From Myxococcota bacterium (GTDB lineage: Bacteria; Myxococcota_A; UBA796; JAJRTE01): DNA of 64,000 nt. The first letter of the stretch is position 1, and each line of letters starts with the position of its first letter. The notes beneath the pieces are model-generated. The model was given only the letters and a program-made list of their open reading frames with translations. It was not told the DNA's origin and did not search any database. The stretch lies in the NCBI GenBank assembly GCA_024278455.1, contig JAJRTE010000259.1, positions 5,775-69,774 of the forward strand. Reading direction: 5' to 3'. This document shows positions 29,159 to 40,057 of this stretch, in pieces. Position numbers and translations under genes: made by a program.

Positions 29159-32100
29159 CTACGGGGGGAAGGGGGGACGGCTCGAACCCGCGGCGGTCAC
29201 TCCCTTGCCCAACGGATACTCGCGAATGGCACGCCGGTTGGAGAGGAAGCCGGTCTTCGGCTGCTGTCCCCAGGGAGTGAACGGAAGGTAGGCTTCGCGC
29301 TCCTGCCATCCGGATCCATCCGCAAATCCGTATACTTCGTAGGACAGGCACCCCTCGGGGACGTCCTCTTCCGGCAACAGTATGCCCGTCCCGGCACGAA
29401 GCCCGGTCGTGGCACTGATGGCGACCGCGGCCATGTCTCGAGGCCACGCGACGGGCACGGTGTCTCCCGGGTGGAGCGCATCGAGGTCGAGGATCTGTGC
29501 CAGGTCCAGGTCCCTGACGACACCCTGTGCGGTCGCAATCCACGCGGGCAGTGCGCCGCTCGATCCGTGCGCCCGGATCGATCCCCGCTTCATGGGACGG
29601 TTGTCATCATAGCCCACGTATGTTCCCACCGTCAACGCCTGCCCATAGGGGATCTCGCGGCCCTTCCGCCGCGGTGCTGGGACGAACCCGACGAACGCCG
29701 TATTGGCAAAGCTGTTGGTCGTACCGGTCTTTCCGAACAACGGCACCACGTAGTGAGCCTGTTCGAGATCCTCGTCCTCCCCAGGGTCCGGGCTGGCCAC
29801 GCGGACGGCGTCGCGCGCCCTGCGCCCGGTGCCGTGGAGAACCACCTGCCGCAGGATACGGCCGATGGACGCGGCAACGGATGCGTCCAGTACCTCCTGC
29901 TGGCTCTCGGCCAACTGGTATATCGTCCGGCCCTCGGCATCCTCGATACGCTCGATGATCGCGGCGTTCGGCCCGATCCCGTCGAAACTGTAGACCGTAC
30001 CCTCGAGGAACGCCTGGTAGATCAGGGCGGCCTCGAGGAGCGTGATCTCGTTGGCCCCCAACGTCATGGACAGGACCGGGCGCAAGCTGCTGTCCACCCC
30101 CATGGTCCTGGCCATCCGGATGATGTACTGCAACCCCAACATGACGCGGAACTCACGATTGTGAATCAGTCGCTGCAAATCGTACTTGGCCGGCCTGGTC
30201 GTGGCCTGGAGGCGCCTGTCCAGTTCGGCACGAATGTCGTTCACCGTGGCCGGAGAAATGGTGTCCTCCAGCAGGATGACCTCGGCCGGGTCGGGGGTCG
30301 GCTTCTCGCGCTTGCCGCCGAACAAAGCCCGCCCGAGACCCCGGATGCCACCTTCGCGAACACCCGATCCCGGCTCGCCGTCTTCCACGGCCGGCTCATC
30401 ACTCGAGACCGGGGCGCTCGCCCCGCCGGCAGACCCCTCTTCCGAATCCTCTTCCCGGTTCTGCTGCACTGCCTCGCCGCTCTCCGGTACCGGCACAACA
30501 GCGCGACCAGCGAGCAACTCGAGGACCTCGTTCCGCTCCGGCCTGGTCCATTCCGGCCGCCCCCGTTGCGAATAGATGAGCCGCTTCCCTTCCTCGGTTT
30601 CCCGCACGTAGAAGTGTGCCAGCGCACGCTCCAGAGCCCCTGGATCGACAACCGCTGCGCGCCCATTCGCCTCGTCCAGCGGCTCACTCCCGGCTAGCCG
30701 CTTCATCGTCCGGTCGAACATGCTGCGAATCGCACCGGGCAGCGCGTGGGCCGGTGGCTCCGGCGGCAGGCTGGCAAGAAGCGTCTCGGCGTCGGCCAGC
30801 GCCTTCGGCGCCAGGGCCTCGAGCTGCAAGAAGCCGCGATCGAGAAATGCGTAGCGGCTGCGACGTTCGTCCGCGCTCCGCACCGACCGGCGGGTCGCCT
30901 CCCGCTCCCGCTCGAATCCCCGGCCGTACATGAGGTGATCGAGCGCCCCCACCTCCCGGCGCCTCGACCCGAATGCCAGCTCTACCCCCAGGTCGCGCTT
31001 CGCCTGGTCGAACAGGCCTTCGGCCCAGCTCTCATCGTCCGGCAGTATGCCGTAGGTATCGCGAATACGGCGGGCGTAGTCGGCGGTAGATTCGGCCACC
31101 TCCGGCGCCATGCCGGCGCGATACGCGAGGTCCTTCAACTGGTCATCGTCGAGCCGGTCGGTAAGATGATACAACAGGCTCACGGTCGCCACGTTTTCCG
31201 ACGTGGTGCCCGCCTGCACTATGGATACGTAAGGGGTGACGCCCGTGTGATCGGGGCGCGGCCAGTACCACTGGCGCTGGAAGTAGAACCCCTGCCTGCG
31301 GTTGTCCAGCGGGCTGAGCGTGCCCCAACCCAACGTCCGCGCGGCGGCATAGGTGAGCGGCTTGAACGTGGAGCCGAACTGGCGGAGCGCCGTGGTGGCA
31401 CGGTTGAAGTTCCGGTTGTCCTGCCCGCCCACCATCGCGCGGATGCGGCCTCGATCCAGGACGACCACGGCACCCTGGAGTTCAGGGCTGGTCTCGAGGT
31501 CACAGAAGATATCCCCGCCGGCGGTGATTCGATTGATGCTGACCAGCACGTTCTGCCCCTCGGGAATGCGCCTGGCCGTCTCGAGCAAGACGGCCTTCGA
31601 GGCTCGAGACCAGGTGTTCTTCTTCTTCGCCTGGACCAGCACGTCGGCAACCCGCCGGATTCCCGCCCGGTCGACCGTGCATACCACGCCCCCGAGATCG
31701 ACATCGAGCCGCAGAGCACCCTCGCCCTCGAGAGTCTTTCCTGCCACACGACCCTTGTAGTAGCCGTGGAGCACCACGCCGTCCGGATTGATGGGGAGAA
31801 TGGGTTCCGTCTCGGCGAAAAAAGCGCTCAACCCGGCACCCTCGAGACGGCTTCCCAACTCGGTCAGATTGTGGCGCAAACCGTATTCAGCAGCGGTCTG
31901 GAACTCGCGATCGATGGTGGTGTACACGCGTATTCCGGCGACAGCGGGATTCTCGATCCCGTGCTCCTCGAGAAGCTTCGAAAACCGCTCGTCCTGAATC
32001 CGGTCGAAAACATAGTCCAGGATAACACTCTGGTCGTAGCGGAACTCCCCCTTCTTGAACTCGAGCCGCTGGGCCTTCAGTTCGCTCGCCTCGTCCAGGG

Positions 32101-32869
32101 TCAGATAGCCGTTGGCCAGCATGCGATCAATCACGTAGTGGGTGCGCATGCGCGCCCTTGCTCGCGCAACGTCGCGTTTCTCCTTCGTTCTCCCGACGAA
32201 AGGATTGTACCGGAACGGACCCTTCACGACCCCGGCAAGGAAGGCGCACTCCAGCACGGTAAGCTCCCCGACATCCTTGTCGAAGAAGTAGCGGGCGGCG
32301 ATGCCAAGCCCGCGCCCGTTGGCGTGGACGTGGAACTGGTTGACGTAGAACTCGAGGATCTACTGCTTGGAATAGTGCGCCTCGAGGCGCAAGGCGTTGA
32401 TGAGTTCCGTCCACTTGGCACGCCAGGTGCGTTCGCTGCGATAGTACAGGTTCTTCGCGGTCTGCTGCGTGATGGTGGATCCACCGGCCACGATACGGCC
32501 GGCCTCGATGTTGGCCAGCATGGCCCTGGCGATACCTCGAGGATCGATGCCGTGATGGTGAAAGAAGTTCTTGTCCTCGGCGGAGACGATGGCATCGATG
32601 AATGCCTGGGGCAGCTCCTCGTAGGTGACGTACTGGCGATGTTCGGCCCCGAAAAAGACCCCGATCTTGTGCTTTCCGTCCCGGTAGTACACCGGACTCT
32701 CTCGCGAGATCCGGCGAAGGATATCCTCCCTGGACAGGTGCTCCCCAGGGTTGAGCACGACGTAGGTGCGATAGAGGTACCCCGTCGTGGCGAGCCCCGC
32801 CACGACCAGACACAGAAGGACGACCACGACAGCTCGCAAGCGTCTTCGGAGGGCGGTTCTACCGGTCAT
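29159..32869 (-). pseudogene. mrcA: class A penicillin-binding protein (PBP1A) interrupted by one in-frame TAG at 32360-32362 (possibly a sequencing error)
   Basis: EDKNFFHHHGID and GGSTITQQTAKNL, then YSKQ*ILEFYVN continues in frame into STFK, SEN and KTG transpeptidase motifs. Confidence 0.8.
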
Positions 32870-33123
32870 GTTGCGCCTGTCGTACCCTGTTGAGACAAGG
32901 CCCGTGGACGTGATCTCCGCGGCACGGGTTCCCGGCCCCGCCTCCACGGACGATCGAGAGGTGTCATACTAGCACATAGGCGCGGGCATGTCGATCGAGA
33001 CCAAAGGGCAACGACACGCCAACGGCCTGCAACGCATCTCGATGCACGTCTGGATCGCATGGGACCGATCCTCCGGGGCGGCTGCCCTGGGGCACGGTTC
33101 CTCGAGCACCCGGCCGGTTCCGG

Positions 33124-33729
33124 CTACAGGTCTTCGAAGAAGTCGGCCATGCGCACGTTCAATGCGGTGGCGATCTTGTAGAGACTCGAAAGGGAGGCGG
33201 AACTCTCGGCCCGCTCGATCTGGGAGATGAGGGATACGGACAAATTCGAGCGGCCTGCCAACTGCTTGAGGGTAAGCTCCTTCTTAATCCGAAGGCCGCG
33301 AATCTTGTTGCCGATGGCCTGGTTGATCTCGGTCTCGAGGTTCCGGAGCACACCTTGTTTTCGGAGTGCGGACTCGATGATCTTTCGGAACGAGTCGAAC
33401 TCGATCGGCTTTTTCACGTAGTCGAAGGCGTTGTTTTTCAACGTCTCGATGGCGGACTCGATGGTGGGATAGGCGGTGAGGATGATGACACAGAGGTCGG
33501 AATCCGCCTTTCGCAGGTGTTTGAGCAGGGTCTGTCCGTTGATACCGGGGAGGATGAGGTCGAGCAGGACGAGGTGGTAGTGTTCCTTTTTGACCATTTC
33601 CACGGCCCGCTGCGGCTCCTGCAGCACCGTGACCTGGTATCCCTCGCCCTCGAGGAAGTCACGGATCACGCTGCATACGTCGTCATCGTCGTCGATCACC
33701 AGGATCCGGATTGTAGGCTGACTTTTCAT
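33124..33729 (-). CDS. digR: response regulator with Xre-type HTH, DigR-like
   Basis: Receiver domain (DD, LLD, TAY, KKP) plus LTLKQLA...SQIERAESSASLSSLYKIA; architecture matches myxobacterial DigR as recalled, not searched. Confidence 0.7.
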   Translation of the reverse strand: MKSQPTIRILVIDDDDDVCSVIRDFLEGEGYQVTVLQEPQRAVEMVKKEHYHLVLLDLILPGINGQTLLKHLRKADSDLCVIILTAYPTIESAIETLKNNAFDYVKKPIEFDSFRKIIESALRKQGVLRNLETEINQAIGNKIRGLRIKKELTLKQLAGRSNLSVSLISQIERAESSASLSSLYKIATALNVRMADFFEDL

Positions 33730-33774
33730 GGAACTCACCGCTGGGAGTGGCACAACCCGAAGTCGAGCCGTGTT

Positions 33775-34533
33775 CTATGGTTGCAAGGACAGGCAAAGCT
33801 CAGTAATGGTTTTCTCTTCCTGTGTCAAGAAGCGGAAGGTCCCTCCCCAGGCTCTGATCACGTAGTATCCGTAGGCCAGCGTGATGATACCTCCCCATGT
33901 GAACAGCTTTCCCCCCCCGAAAGGGTGGAAGACGCGCGCGGTCTCCTCCTCGGTGAAAGGAGGGCCGTCGTCCTGGAAGCAGATGCTCATCTCCTCGTCG
34001 AAGTCGTTCAAGGACAGGGTGATGTCCATGGTTGTCACGGTCTCGTGCCGCTCGGCGAGGACTTCCAGGGTGGCGGCGATGACCCCTTCGAGCAACACCG
34101 GATCTGCAGTTGCTCGAACGGTGCCTGGCCATTCTCCCAACCGCACATCCACGCTGGCACCGGCGGGACTCTCGCGGAAACGCTCGAGCGCCGCCTGAAC
34201 GACGGGCAGGGTTTCGACCGGGCGAGGGGGAGGGGCTTCTCGCCTGGAGAAGGTCTTCAGGTTGGCCAGAATGTTCTCGATGCGCTCGCCCGCGGAGCGC
34301 ATGGCGGCGATGTCCCTGGCCTGGGCTGCGGACAGGTCCTTTCGGCTGCGCATCAGATCGATCCGCCCTGCCATCGCGGTGTACGGATTGCTCAGTTCGT
34401 GGGCCACGATGGCGGCCAGGTACTGTTCGACGGGCAGAGAGGCAGCCAGCGGGCCGGGGGGCGCAAAAGTGGCGTATTCGACCACGGTCGGGCGTGATAC
34501 GGCACGTGATCTTCGTCTATCTCTCTTTGCCAC
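33775..34533 (-). CDS. cytoplasmic histidine-kinase-like protein with degenerate ATPase domain
   Basis: AGGAG + GTG start; H-box AHELSNP; DDGPP and VFHPF present, but no N-box Asn or GxGxG. Confidence 0.75.
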   Translation of the reverse strand: MAKRDRRRSRAVSRPTVVEYATFAPPGPLAASLPVEQYLAAIVAHELSNPYTAMAGRIDLMRSRKDLSAAQARDIAAMRSAGERIENILANLKTFSRREAPPPRPVETLPVVQAALERFRESPAGASVDVRLGEWPGTVRATADPVLLEGVIAATLEVLAERHETVTTMDITLSLNDFDEEMSICFQDDGPPFTEEETARVFHPFGGGKLFTWGGIITLAYGYYVIRAWGGTFRFLTQEEKTITELCLSLQP

Positions 34534-34655
34534 TGTCACTCCTGTGCCGGCCGATAGCCGACCCCCTCCATACGCAGCGCGCCGAGATTGGCTGTTGCTC
34601 TGGTGTTCATCACGCCGGCTTCCGGGCGCGCAACCACGCGACCAGGACAGCACAC

Positions 34656-35270
34656 CTATTCCCCATCCACACGACCACCACATCGCACGAACGATTCGGC
34701 ACGAGCGAGGTCCTCGGGCGTATTCACGTTGTGAAAGGACCGTTCAACGTCGCCAGCGTGAAGAAAGTCTCTCATGGGGAGCCAGTCTACCTGCAGATCC
34801 GAAAACAATTCAACCATTTTTAGCTGGCGACCCCTTACGCGGGCTTCCAGTGCGGGCAGGCAGGTGCGCCTGTAGGCGGCCAGCAAGGGCTGGGGACGCC
34901 CATCCAAGCGGGGCACAACAACGTCGGCCCTCGTGCGTGCCGCTCGATCCAGGACTCGAGTCAGCGAGGCTGGCGTGACGAGTGGATAGTCGCATCCCAC
35001 GACCAGGCACCATGTCGTGCTGGTGACACACAGGGCGGTGTACACGCCGCCCACCGGGCCGAGATCCGGCACGAGGTCCCGGTGCATGGGGATACCGAGT
35101 CCTTCGTGGCGCGCCAGGTCGTTGGTAATCAGCACAATCTCCCCTGATACGGCCAGCAGTGCCTGCGCCACCCTCTTCGCCATGGGAACACCGGCGAGAC
35201 GGGCCAGGGCCTTGTCCTGCCCGAGCCTGCGACCGTGCCCCCCGGCCATGATGATCCCGGTGACGTCCAT
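34656..35270 (-). CDS. mobA: molybdenum cofactor guanylyltransferase
   Basis: IMAGGHGRRLGQDKA, GPVGG, GCDYP, NVNTPED. Confidence 0.93.
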   Translation of the reverse strand: MDVTGIIMAGGHGRRLGQDKALARLAGVPMAKRVAQALLAVSGEIVLITNDLARHEGLGIPMHRDLVPDLGPVGGVYTALCVTSTTWCLVVGCDYPLVTPASLTRVLDRAARTRADVVVPRLDGRPQPLLAAYRRTCLPALEARVRGRQLKMVELFSDLQVDWLPMRDFLHAGDVERSFHNVNTPEDLARAESFVRCGGRVDGE

Positions 35271-35471
35271 TGCGGTGATTCCTGATTGTCCCCCCGGCCA
35301 GGACTGGAGCCGTCTCCATCCCGACTCGAGTCAAGGCAGACGCGATGAGGACGATCCCGGACCGCCCTCTTTTGCCGTCGACGCAGCGACCGGGGGCCCG
35401 TGCTCCGCCGCCACTGTTCACGACGGTCACTTTGTGACATTATGACATGCAACCGTCGAGGTGGGTATCAG

Positions 35472-37250
35472 ATGAACCGCGGACTCGAGTACCTGGTTTT
35501 CTTGATCCTTGTTGCAGCGTTCGTCGTGCAGAGTTGGACGGCCATGACAGGTGATGCACAGACGAGCGACGAAGCGGTGCACCTGGCTGCGGGCGTGGCG
35601 CATCTCCGCACGGGAGACCGCCGCATGAACAGCGAGCATCCGCCATTTGCCAAGCTGTTGAGCGCACTTCCGTTCCTGTTCCTGGACGCCCCCTTGCCCC
35701 TCGACAGTCGTGCGTGGGAGACCGGGGAGGAGTGGAGCTTCGGCAGTCGGTTCGTGTATCGCAACCGGCTTCCCGCGGACACGATCTTGTTTTGGGGCCG
35801 CCTCCCCATCCTGCTCTGCGGCGTAGCCCTGATCGGCCTCGTTCATGCCTGGGCGCGACGGCTCTACGGAGCGTGGGGAGGCATCCTCGCCGCGGCGATC
35901 ACCGCCTTCGAGCCCAATCTCATTGCGCACAGCCACCTGGTGACCAATGACCTGCTGCTGGCGTTGTTGTTTGCGGCGAGCGTCCATGCGTGCTGGCGTT
36001 ACCGGGAGACAGAATCGGCGGGCTGGCTCGCTGCCGCTGGTGTGTTGGTGGGGTTGACTCTCGGAACCAAGTATTCCGGTGTCCTGGTACTTCCCCTGGT
36101 TCCCTTCCTGGTGTGGCCCTCGAGCCAGCAACCCGGTACCGACAGGAGAGCGCGGGTCAGGGCGGCGCTCCGAGCGATGGGGGTATTGGGTATCGCGACC
36201 TACGTGACCCTTCTGGCTATCTACCAGGCGGAACCGCTCTCGGCCTATGTTTCCGGCTACCTGAGCATGCAATCCACGTGGGCGGCGTTTCTCCTGGGGG
36301 ACATATCGACCCGTGGGTGGTACCAGTACTTCCTGGTTGCGGTCCTGCTCAAGACCCCGCCGGGAACCCTGCTGTTGCTGGTCCTGGCGTTGGTTTCCAT
36401 CCGCCTGGCCCCGTTGCGCCGGATCGAGGCCCACATTTTGCTCGCGGCCGCCTGGTTTTTCGCGGTCAGTTCCTTCCTGCGTATCAACATCGGCCTCCGC
36501 CACGTGCTGCCGATCTATCCCCTGTTGATCGTTTTCGCCGGCCGACTTGGCGGGTTGAGGCTCCGGTGGCGCGCGGGCCGGGCCGCGGCGTTGGGATTGG
36601 TCGTTGCCACTGCGATCGAGGTGGCGCTGTGCCATCCGTTCTACTTGTCCTATTTCTCGAGCGTGGCCGGCGGACCCTGGGCGGGGTATCGGTACCTGTC
36701 CGACTCCAACCTGGATTGGGGGCAGGACCTGAAGCGGCTGGCCCGGTGGGCGGAGGCAAGGGACCTGGATGGCATCCTTCTGGGTGTGTTTTCCGGTGCG
36801 GACCCGGGGGAGTACGGCCTGCGTTTCATGCCGGTCCCCGGTTTCGGCGCGGTGACCTTCCAGGAGCGGCCCTGGGAGTCGTTGCCTTCACGGATCGTGC
36901 TCGCGATGAGCGCGATGAATCTCCAGGGTGTCTACTTCACGCAACCGGGGCTGTTCCGGACCCGTTTCCCGGTCGACGAAACCCTCTACCGGTTCCTGTT
37001 GGACAGACCTCCCCTGGAGCGCGTCACGCCGTCGATCTGGACCTGGGACCTGACAGACGATGCGACCACGCTCTATCGGCTGGGTTCGATCTATCTGAAT
37101 TTCGGCTGGGATCGATCGGCGGTAGTCGTCTTTCGCAGATACCTCGAACTCCGGCCGGACGACGGGAGAGCGAGGAGGGGGCTGCTGCGTATCGAAGAGG
37201 CCCTGGAGGATGGTTCCGGCGGGACGGCACCGATCGAGCGGCAACCTTGA
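35472..37250 (+). CDS. GT-C (family 39/ArnT-like) glycosyltransferase with C-terminal TPR-like tail
   Basis: TSDEAVH, NSEHPP, TKYSG, GLRHVLP, DSNLDWGQDL; many TM segments. Confidence 0.88.
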   Translation: MNRGLEYLVFLILVAAFVVQSWTAMTGDAQTSDEAVHLAAGVAHLRTGDRRMNSEHPPFAKLLSALPFLFLDAPLPLDSRAWETGEEWSFGSRFVYRNRLPADTILFWGRLPILLCGVALIGLVHAWARRLYGAWGGILAAAITAFEPNLIAHSHLVTNDLLLALLFAASVHACWRYRETESAGWLAAAGVLVGLTLGTKYSGVLVLPLVPFLVWPSSQQPGTDRRARVRAALRAMGVLGIATYVTLLAIYQAEPLSAYVSGYLSMQSTWAAFLLGDISTRGWYQYFLVAVLLKTPPGTLLLLVLALVSIRLAPLRRIEAHILLAAAWFFAVSSFLRINIGLRHVLPIYPLLIVFAGRLGGLRLRWRAGRAAALGLVVATAIEVALCHPFYLSYFSSVAGGPWAGYRYLSDSNLDWGQDLKRLARWAEARDLDGILLGVFSGADPGEYGLRFMPVPGFGAVTFQERPWESLPSRIVLAMSAMNLQGVYFTQPGLFRTRFPVDETLYRFLLDRPPLERVTPSIWTWDLTDDATTLYRLGSIYLNFGWDRSAVVVFRRYLELRPDDGRARRGLLRIEEALEDGSGGTAPIERQP

Positions 37251-37385
37251 CGGCGGCACCGGCGTCCGCTACGATTGTGGGGCGCACGGCGTCTGCCGGC
37301 AACGGGCGGCGGGATCCGGCATGGCGGAAGAGAGGTCGCTCGAGGACGAGAGCGAGCGGTATTTGCGGCACAGGGGTGGCGGCTT

Positions 37386-38774
37386 GTGGAACATGAGACG
37401 GCGAGGCAGGATGGGAAGGCGACGGTGGTCGTGGGAGCAGGGGTTTGCGGCCTTTGTGCGGCACACCTTCTGGCCGAATCGGGACGCAAGGTGGTTCTGC
37501 TCGAGAAGCTCGACAGGGTGGGAGGACTCGCGCGGAGCTTCACCTACGGCGACTACACCTTCGACATAGGCCCCCACCGATTCCATACGGAAAACAAGGA
37601 AGTGGAGGCCTACATCAGGCGCATTCTCGGCGATGAGGCGATCACATTTCCGAGAGCTTCGTCTGTCCACTTCCAGGGCCGGTACTATCCCTGGCCGGTC
37701 CGTCCGGCGAGCCTTGTCCAGTTCCCCCGCGTGTTGGCGGCGAAAATCGGGTTCGATCTCGTCGCCAATGCGTTCCGGAAGTACGGACAGGACACGTTCG
37801 AGGAATACGTGTTGAACCAGTACGGGCCCACCCTGTACCGCCATTTCTTCCTGGACTACACGGCCAAGTTCCTGAAGATCCATCCGAGAGAGACCCATGC
37901 GGACTGGGCCAAGGCGGGCATCAACCGGGCAATCATCGACGACCGGATGCAGATGCGGAACCTGCTCGAGCTGGTCCAGAGCATCGTTCTCAACGCGGGG
38001 AAGGAGGATCTCCATTTTCTCTACCCCCGGCATGGCATGCAGGTCTATTGCGACCGGTCGGCAGATGCCATCGTCGCGGCAGGAGGCGAAGTCCATACCG
38101 GCGTCCACCGGATTCGCCTGTCGCACGACGGGACGCATGTCAGTGAGGTGGCGGCCAAGGGCCGGCGATGGCCCGTGGATTCGGTGATCTGGACCGGCTC
38201 GTTGCACACGATCTGCGAACTCCTCGAGGTCCCTCGACCCGCGCTCGAGTACCTGGCGATGGTGGTGTTCAATGTCGAGGTCAAGGCGACGATCGGACAG
38301 AAGTTCCAGTGGTGCTACTTCGGGGACAAGGACATCATTTTCAATCGGGTCAGCAACAACGTCAATTTCAGTGAAGATCTCGCTCCGTGGGGTTGCAGCG
38401 GTCTCGAGGTCGAGGTGACCTGCCTGGAAGGCGACGACGTGTGGCAGCACCCGGAACGGTATGTCGAGCGGGTGATCGAAGACCTGCGCAAGGTGGACCT
38501 GGTTCTTCGCCGGGAGGAAATCCGCGACATCCACATCGAACGGATACCCGCATGCTATCCCATCTACGTCACCGACTACCGTGCGCGACTGCGACAGGCG
38601 ATCCGGCCGCTCAAGGCCTGGCGCAACCTCGTGCTGGCAGGCCGGACGGCCGAGTTCTGGTACAACAACATGGATCATTCCATCGGCCGCGCCATGGCTG
38701 TCGCCCGCCGGCTGGAGGGGAAGGGCCGTCGACCCTCCGGCACGACGTTCGGCAGGGAGGAAGAAGCCATCTGA
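37386..38774 (+). CDS. FAD-dependent oxidoreductase (protoporphyrinogen-oxidase/UDP-galactopyranose-mutase-like)
   Basis: VVGAGVCG, GGLARSF, DIGPHRF, GRTAEFWYNNMDH; start approximate. Confidence 0.85.
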   Translation: MEHETARQDGKATVVVGAGVCGLCAAHLLAESGRKVVLLEKLDRVGGLARSFTYGDYTFDIGPHRFHTENKEVEAYIRRILGDEAITFPRASSVHFQGRYYPWPVRPASLVQFPRVLAAKIGFDLVANAFRKYGQDTFEEYVLNQYGPTLYRHFFLDYTAKFLKIHPRETHADWAKAGINRAIIDDRMQMRNLLELVQSIVLNAGKEDLHFLYPRHGMQVYCDRSADAIVAAGGEVHTGVHRIRLSHDGTHVSEVAAKGRRWPVDSVIWTGSLHTICELLEVPRPALEYLAMVVFNVEVKATIGQKFQWCYFGDKDIIFNRVSNNVNFSEDLAPWGCSGLEVEVTCLEGDDVWQHPERYVERVIEDLRKVDLVLRREEIRDIHIERIPACYPIYVTDYRARLRQAIRPLKAWRNLVLAGRTAEFWYNNMDHSIGRAMAVARRLEGKGRRPSGTTFGREEEAI

Positions 38775-38841
38775 CCCGACTAGTTGCGGCCGGTCCTCCC
38801 CATCCCCGGGGGCGACATCCCGGAAGCCTCGCCACCCCGGC

Positions 38842-39858
38842 TCACTTACCTATCACGGCGCCGATGAAGAACAGGTGGGTGAGGGGACCATCGAACGCCG
38901 AGTCTCCTGTGCCGCCACGTACCCGATACCGCAAGGCATACCCGATACGCCCGCGCGGTGTCTCGATGCCGGTTCCCACCGTAGCGTAGGCGGACCCGTT
39001 TTGGCGCTCCGTGTAGAAGCCCGCACGGATGGGGATATGTCCGGCCAACAGGGCCTGGCCCCCCACGTGGACGTTCACCGTGATGTTCTCCCGCGTGATG
39101 GCCGGAGCGCCCTCGATGTCTCGTAGGCTCGTGAAATCCACGACGAGATCCAGCGCGGCCAGGGCCATGCCGCCCGCCAGGCCGGACACGCCGGCGGCCA
39201 CCGTCGTGGGGTAGGCTTCGGTGCGGGTCGGAATCAGGTTGGTCCCGACGAGCGCGACGCGCACCGCGGGGGTGAGTTGGACCTGGCTGCCGAACGACAA
39301 GCTGAATTTCGAAGAGAAGTCGGTGTCTTCGAGGGCGTCTCCTGCTGCGATCTTGGAGCGGTACCAAGCCAGCGTTGCTCCGGCCAGAACCCGTTCGTGC
39401 AGGGGAAAGCCGAACCCCAGTCGATAGCTCTGGCCCCGGTAGTGCAGCGTCTCCCTCGACGTGTCCCCGACCACCACCCACCCGTCCGGCTCCGGCCCCG
39501 GCAGGTTGTCCGCCGAGCCCAACTCCCACCGAAAGCCGGAGGCCACCCGCGATGTCAAAGCATCGACGGCCGAAAGTGTCGCGCTGTGCGCCCCCTGCGG
39601 CCCGTAGTACCGGTAGCCCGCATCTACGAGGTAGCTCGAGAACATCGCCATGGCCGCCGGATTCAGATCGACAGCGCAGCCGTCGGTGGGCAGGGTGCGG
39701 ACCGCCCCCCCCATGCCCATGGCCCGGGCAGAATAGATATCGGAGGCGTACTGTGCGCTCGAGACGTGGCCACCGGAGACCCAACACAAGACAAATGCCA
39801 GGACTGACAGCCCGATCCGGGGGCCAGGTGCGAGGGCGGGAAACGATGGCATCGTCAC
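38842..39858 (-). CDS. outer-membrane beta-barrel protein (FadL/PorV-like)
   Basis: Signal peptide, ARAMGMGGA...LNPAAM, alternating amphipathic strands. Confidence 0.7.
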   Translation of the reverse strand: MTMPSFPALAPGPRIGLSVLAFVLCWVSGGHVSSAQYASDIYSARAMGMGGAVRTLPTDGCAVDLNPAAMAMFSSYLVDAGYRYYGPQGAHSATLSAVDALTSRVASGFRWELGSADNLPGPEPDGWVVVGDTSRETLHYRGQSYRLGFGFPLHERVLAGATLAWYRSKIAAGDALEDTDFSSKFSLSFGSQVQLTPAVRVALVGTNLIPTRTEAYPTTVAAGVSGLAGGMALAALDLVVDFTSLRDIEGAPAITRENITVNVHVGGQALLAGHIPIRAGFYTERQNGSAYATVGTGIETPRGRIGYALRYRVRGGTGDSAFDGPLTHLFFIGAVIGK

Positions 39859-39966
39859 CTCATTCGTTCAACACCAGGAACTCTCGGACGCCCGGCAAAG
39901 GGGAGTTCGACCAGCCCATTCTGGGGTCGAACCCGTAGAATGTCCAGTGCTTTTCGCAAATTCGAC

Positions 39967-39995
39967 TTTACAGACCAGGCGTTCACAGGTATGAT
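39967..39995 (+). promoter_or_regulatory. sigma70 promoter for dksA
   Basis: TTTACA-17nt-TATGAT. Confidence 0.6.
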
Positions 39996-40057
39996 CCGTT
40001 GCTCTGAATGCGCCTGTTCAGACCAACAGACGACCACTCACCGGGCGGAGGTCTGCC

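Noticed and set aside
32360-32362. Genome-wide TAG reassignment
   Set aside because: recR, clpB, dksA and priA all end at TAG at their expected C-termini
27698-32893. 999-aa and 715-aa plus-strand ORFs
   Set aside because: Antisense shadows of PBP1A and its downstream gene
35421-35458. Inverted repeat cgacggt...accgtcg between mobA and the GT-C gene as a Moco riboswitch or CRP site
   Set aside because: Too short for the riboswitch, and the TGTGA spacing does not fit CRP/FNR
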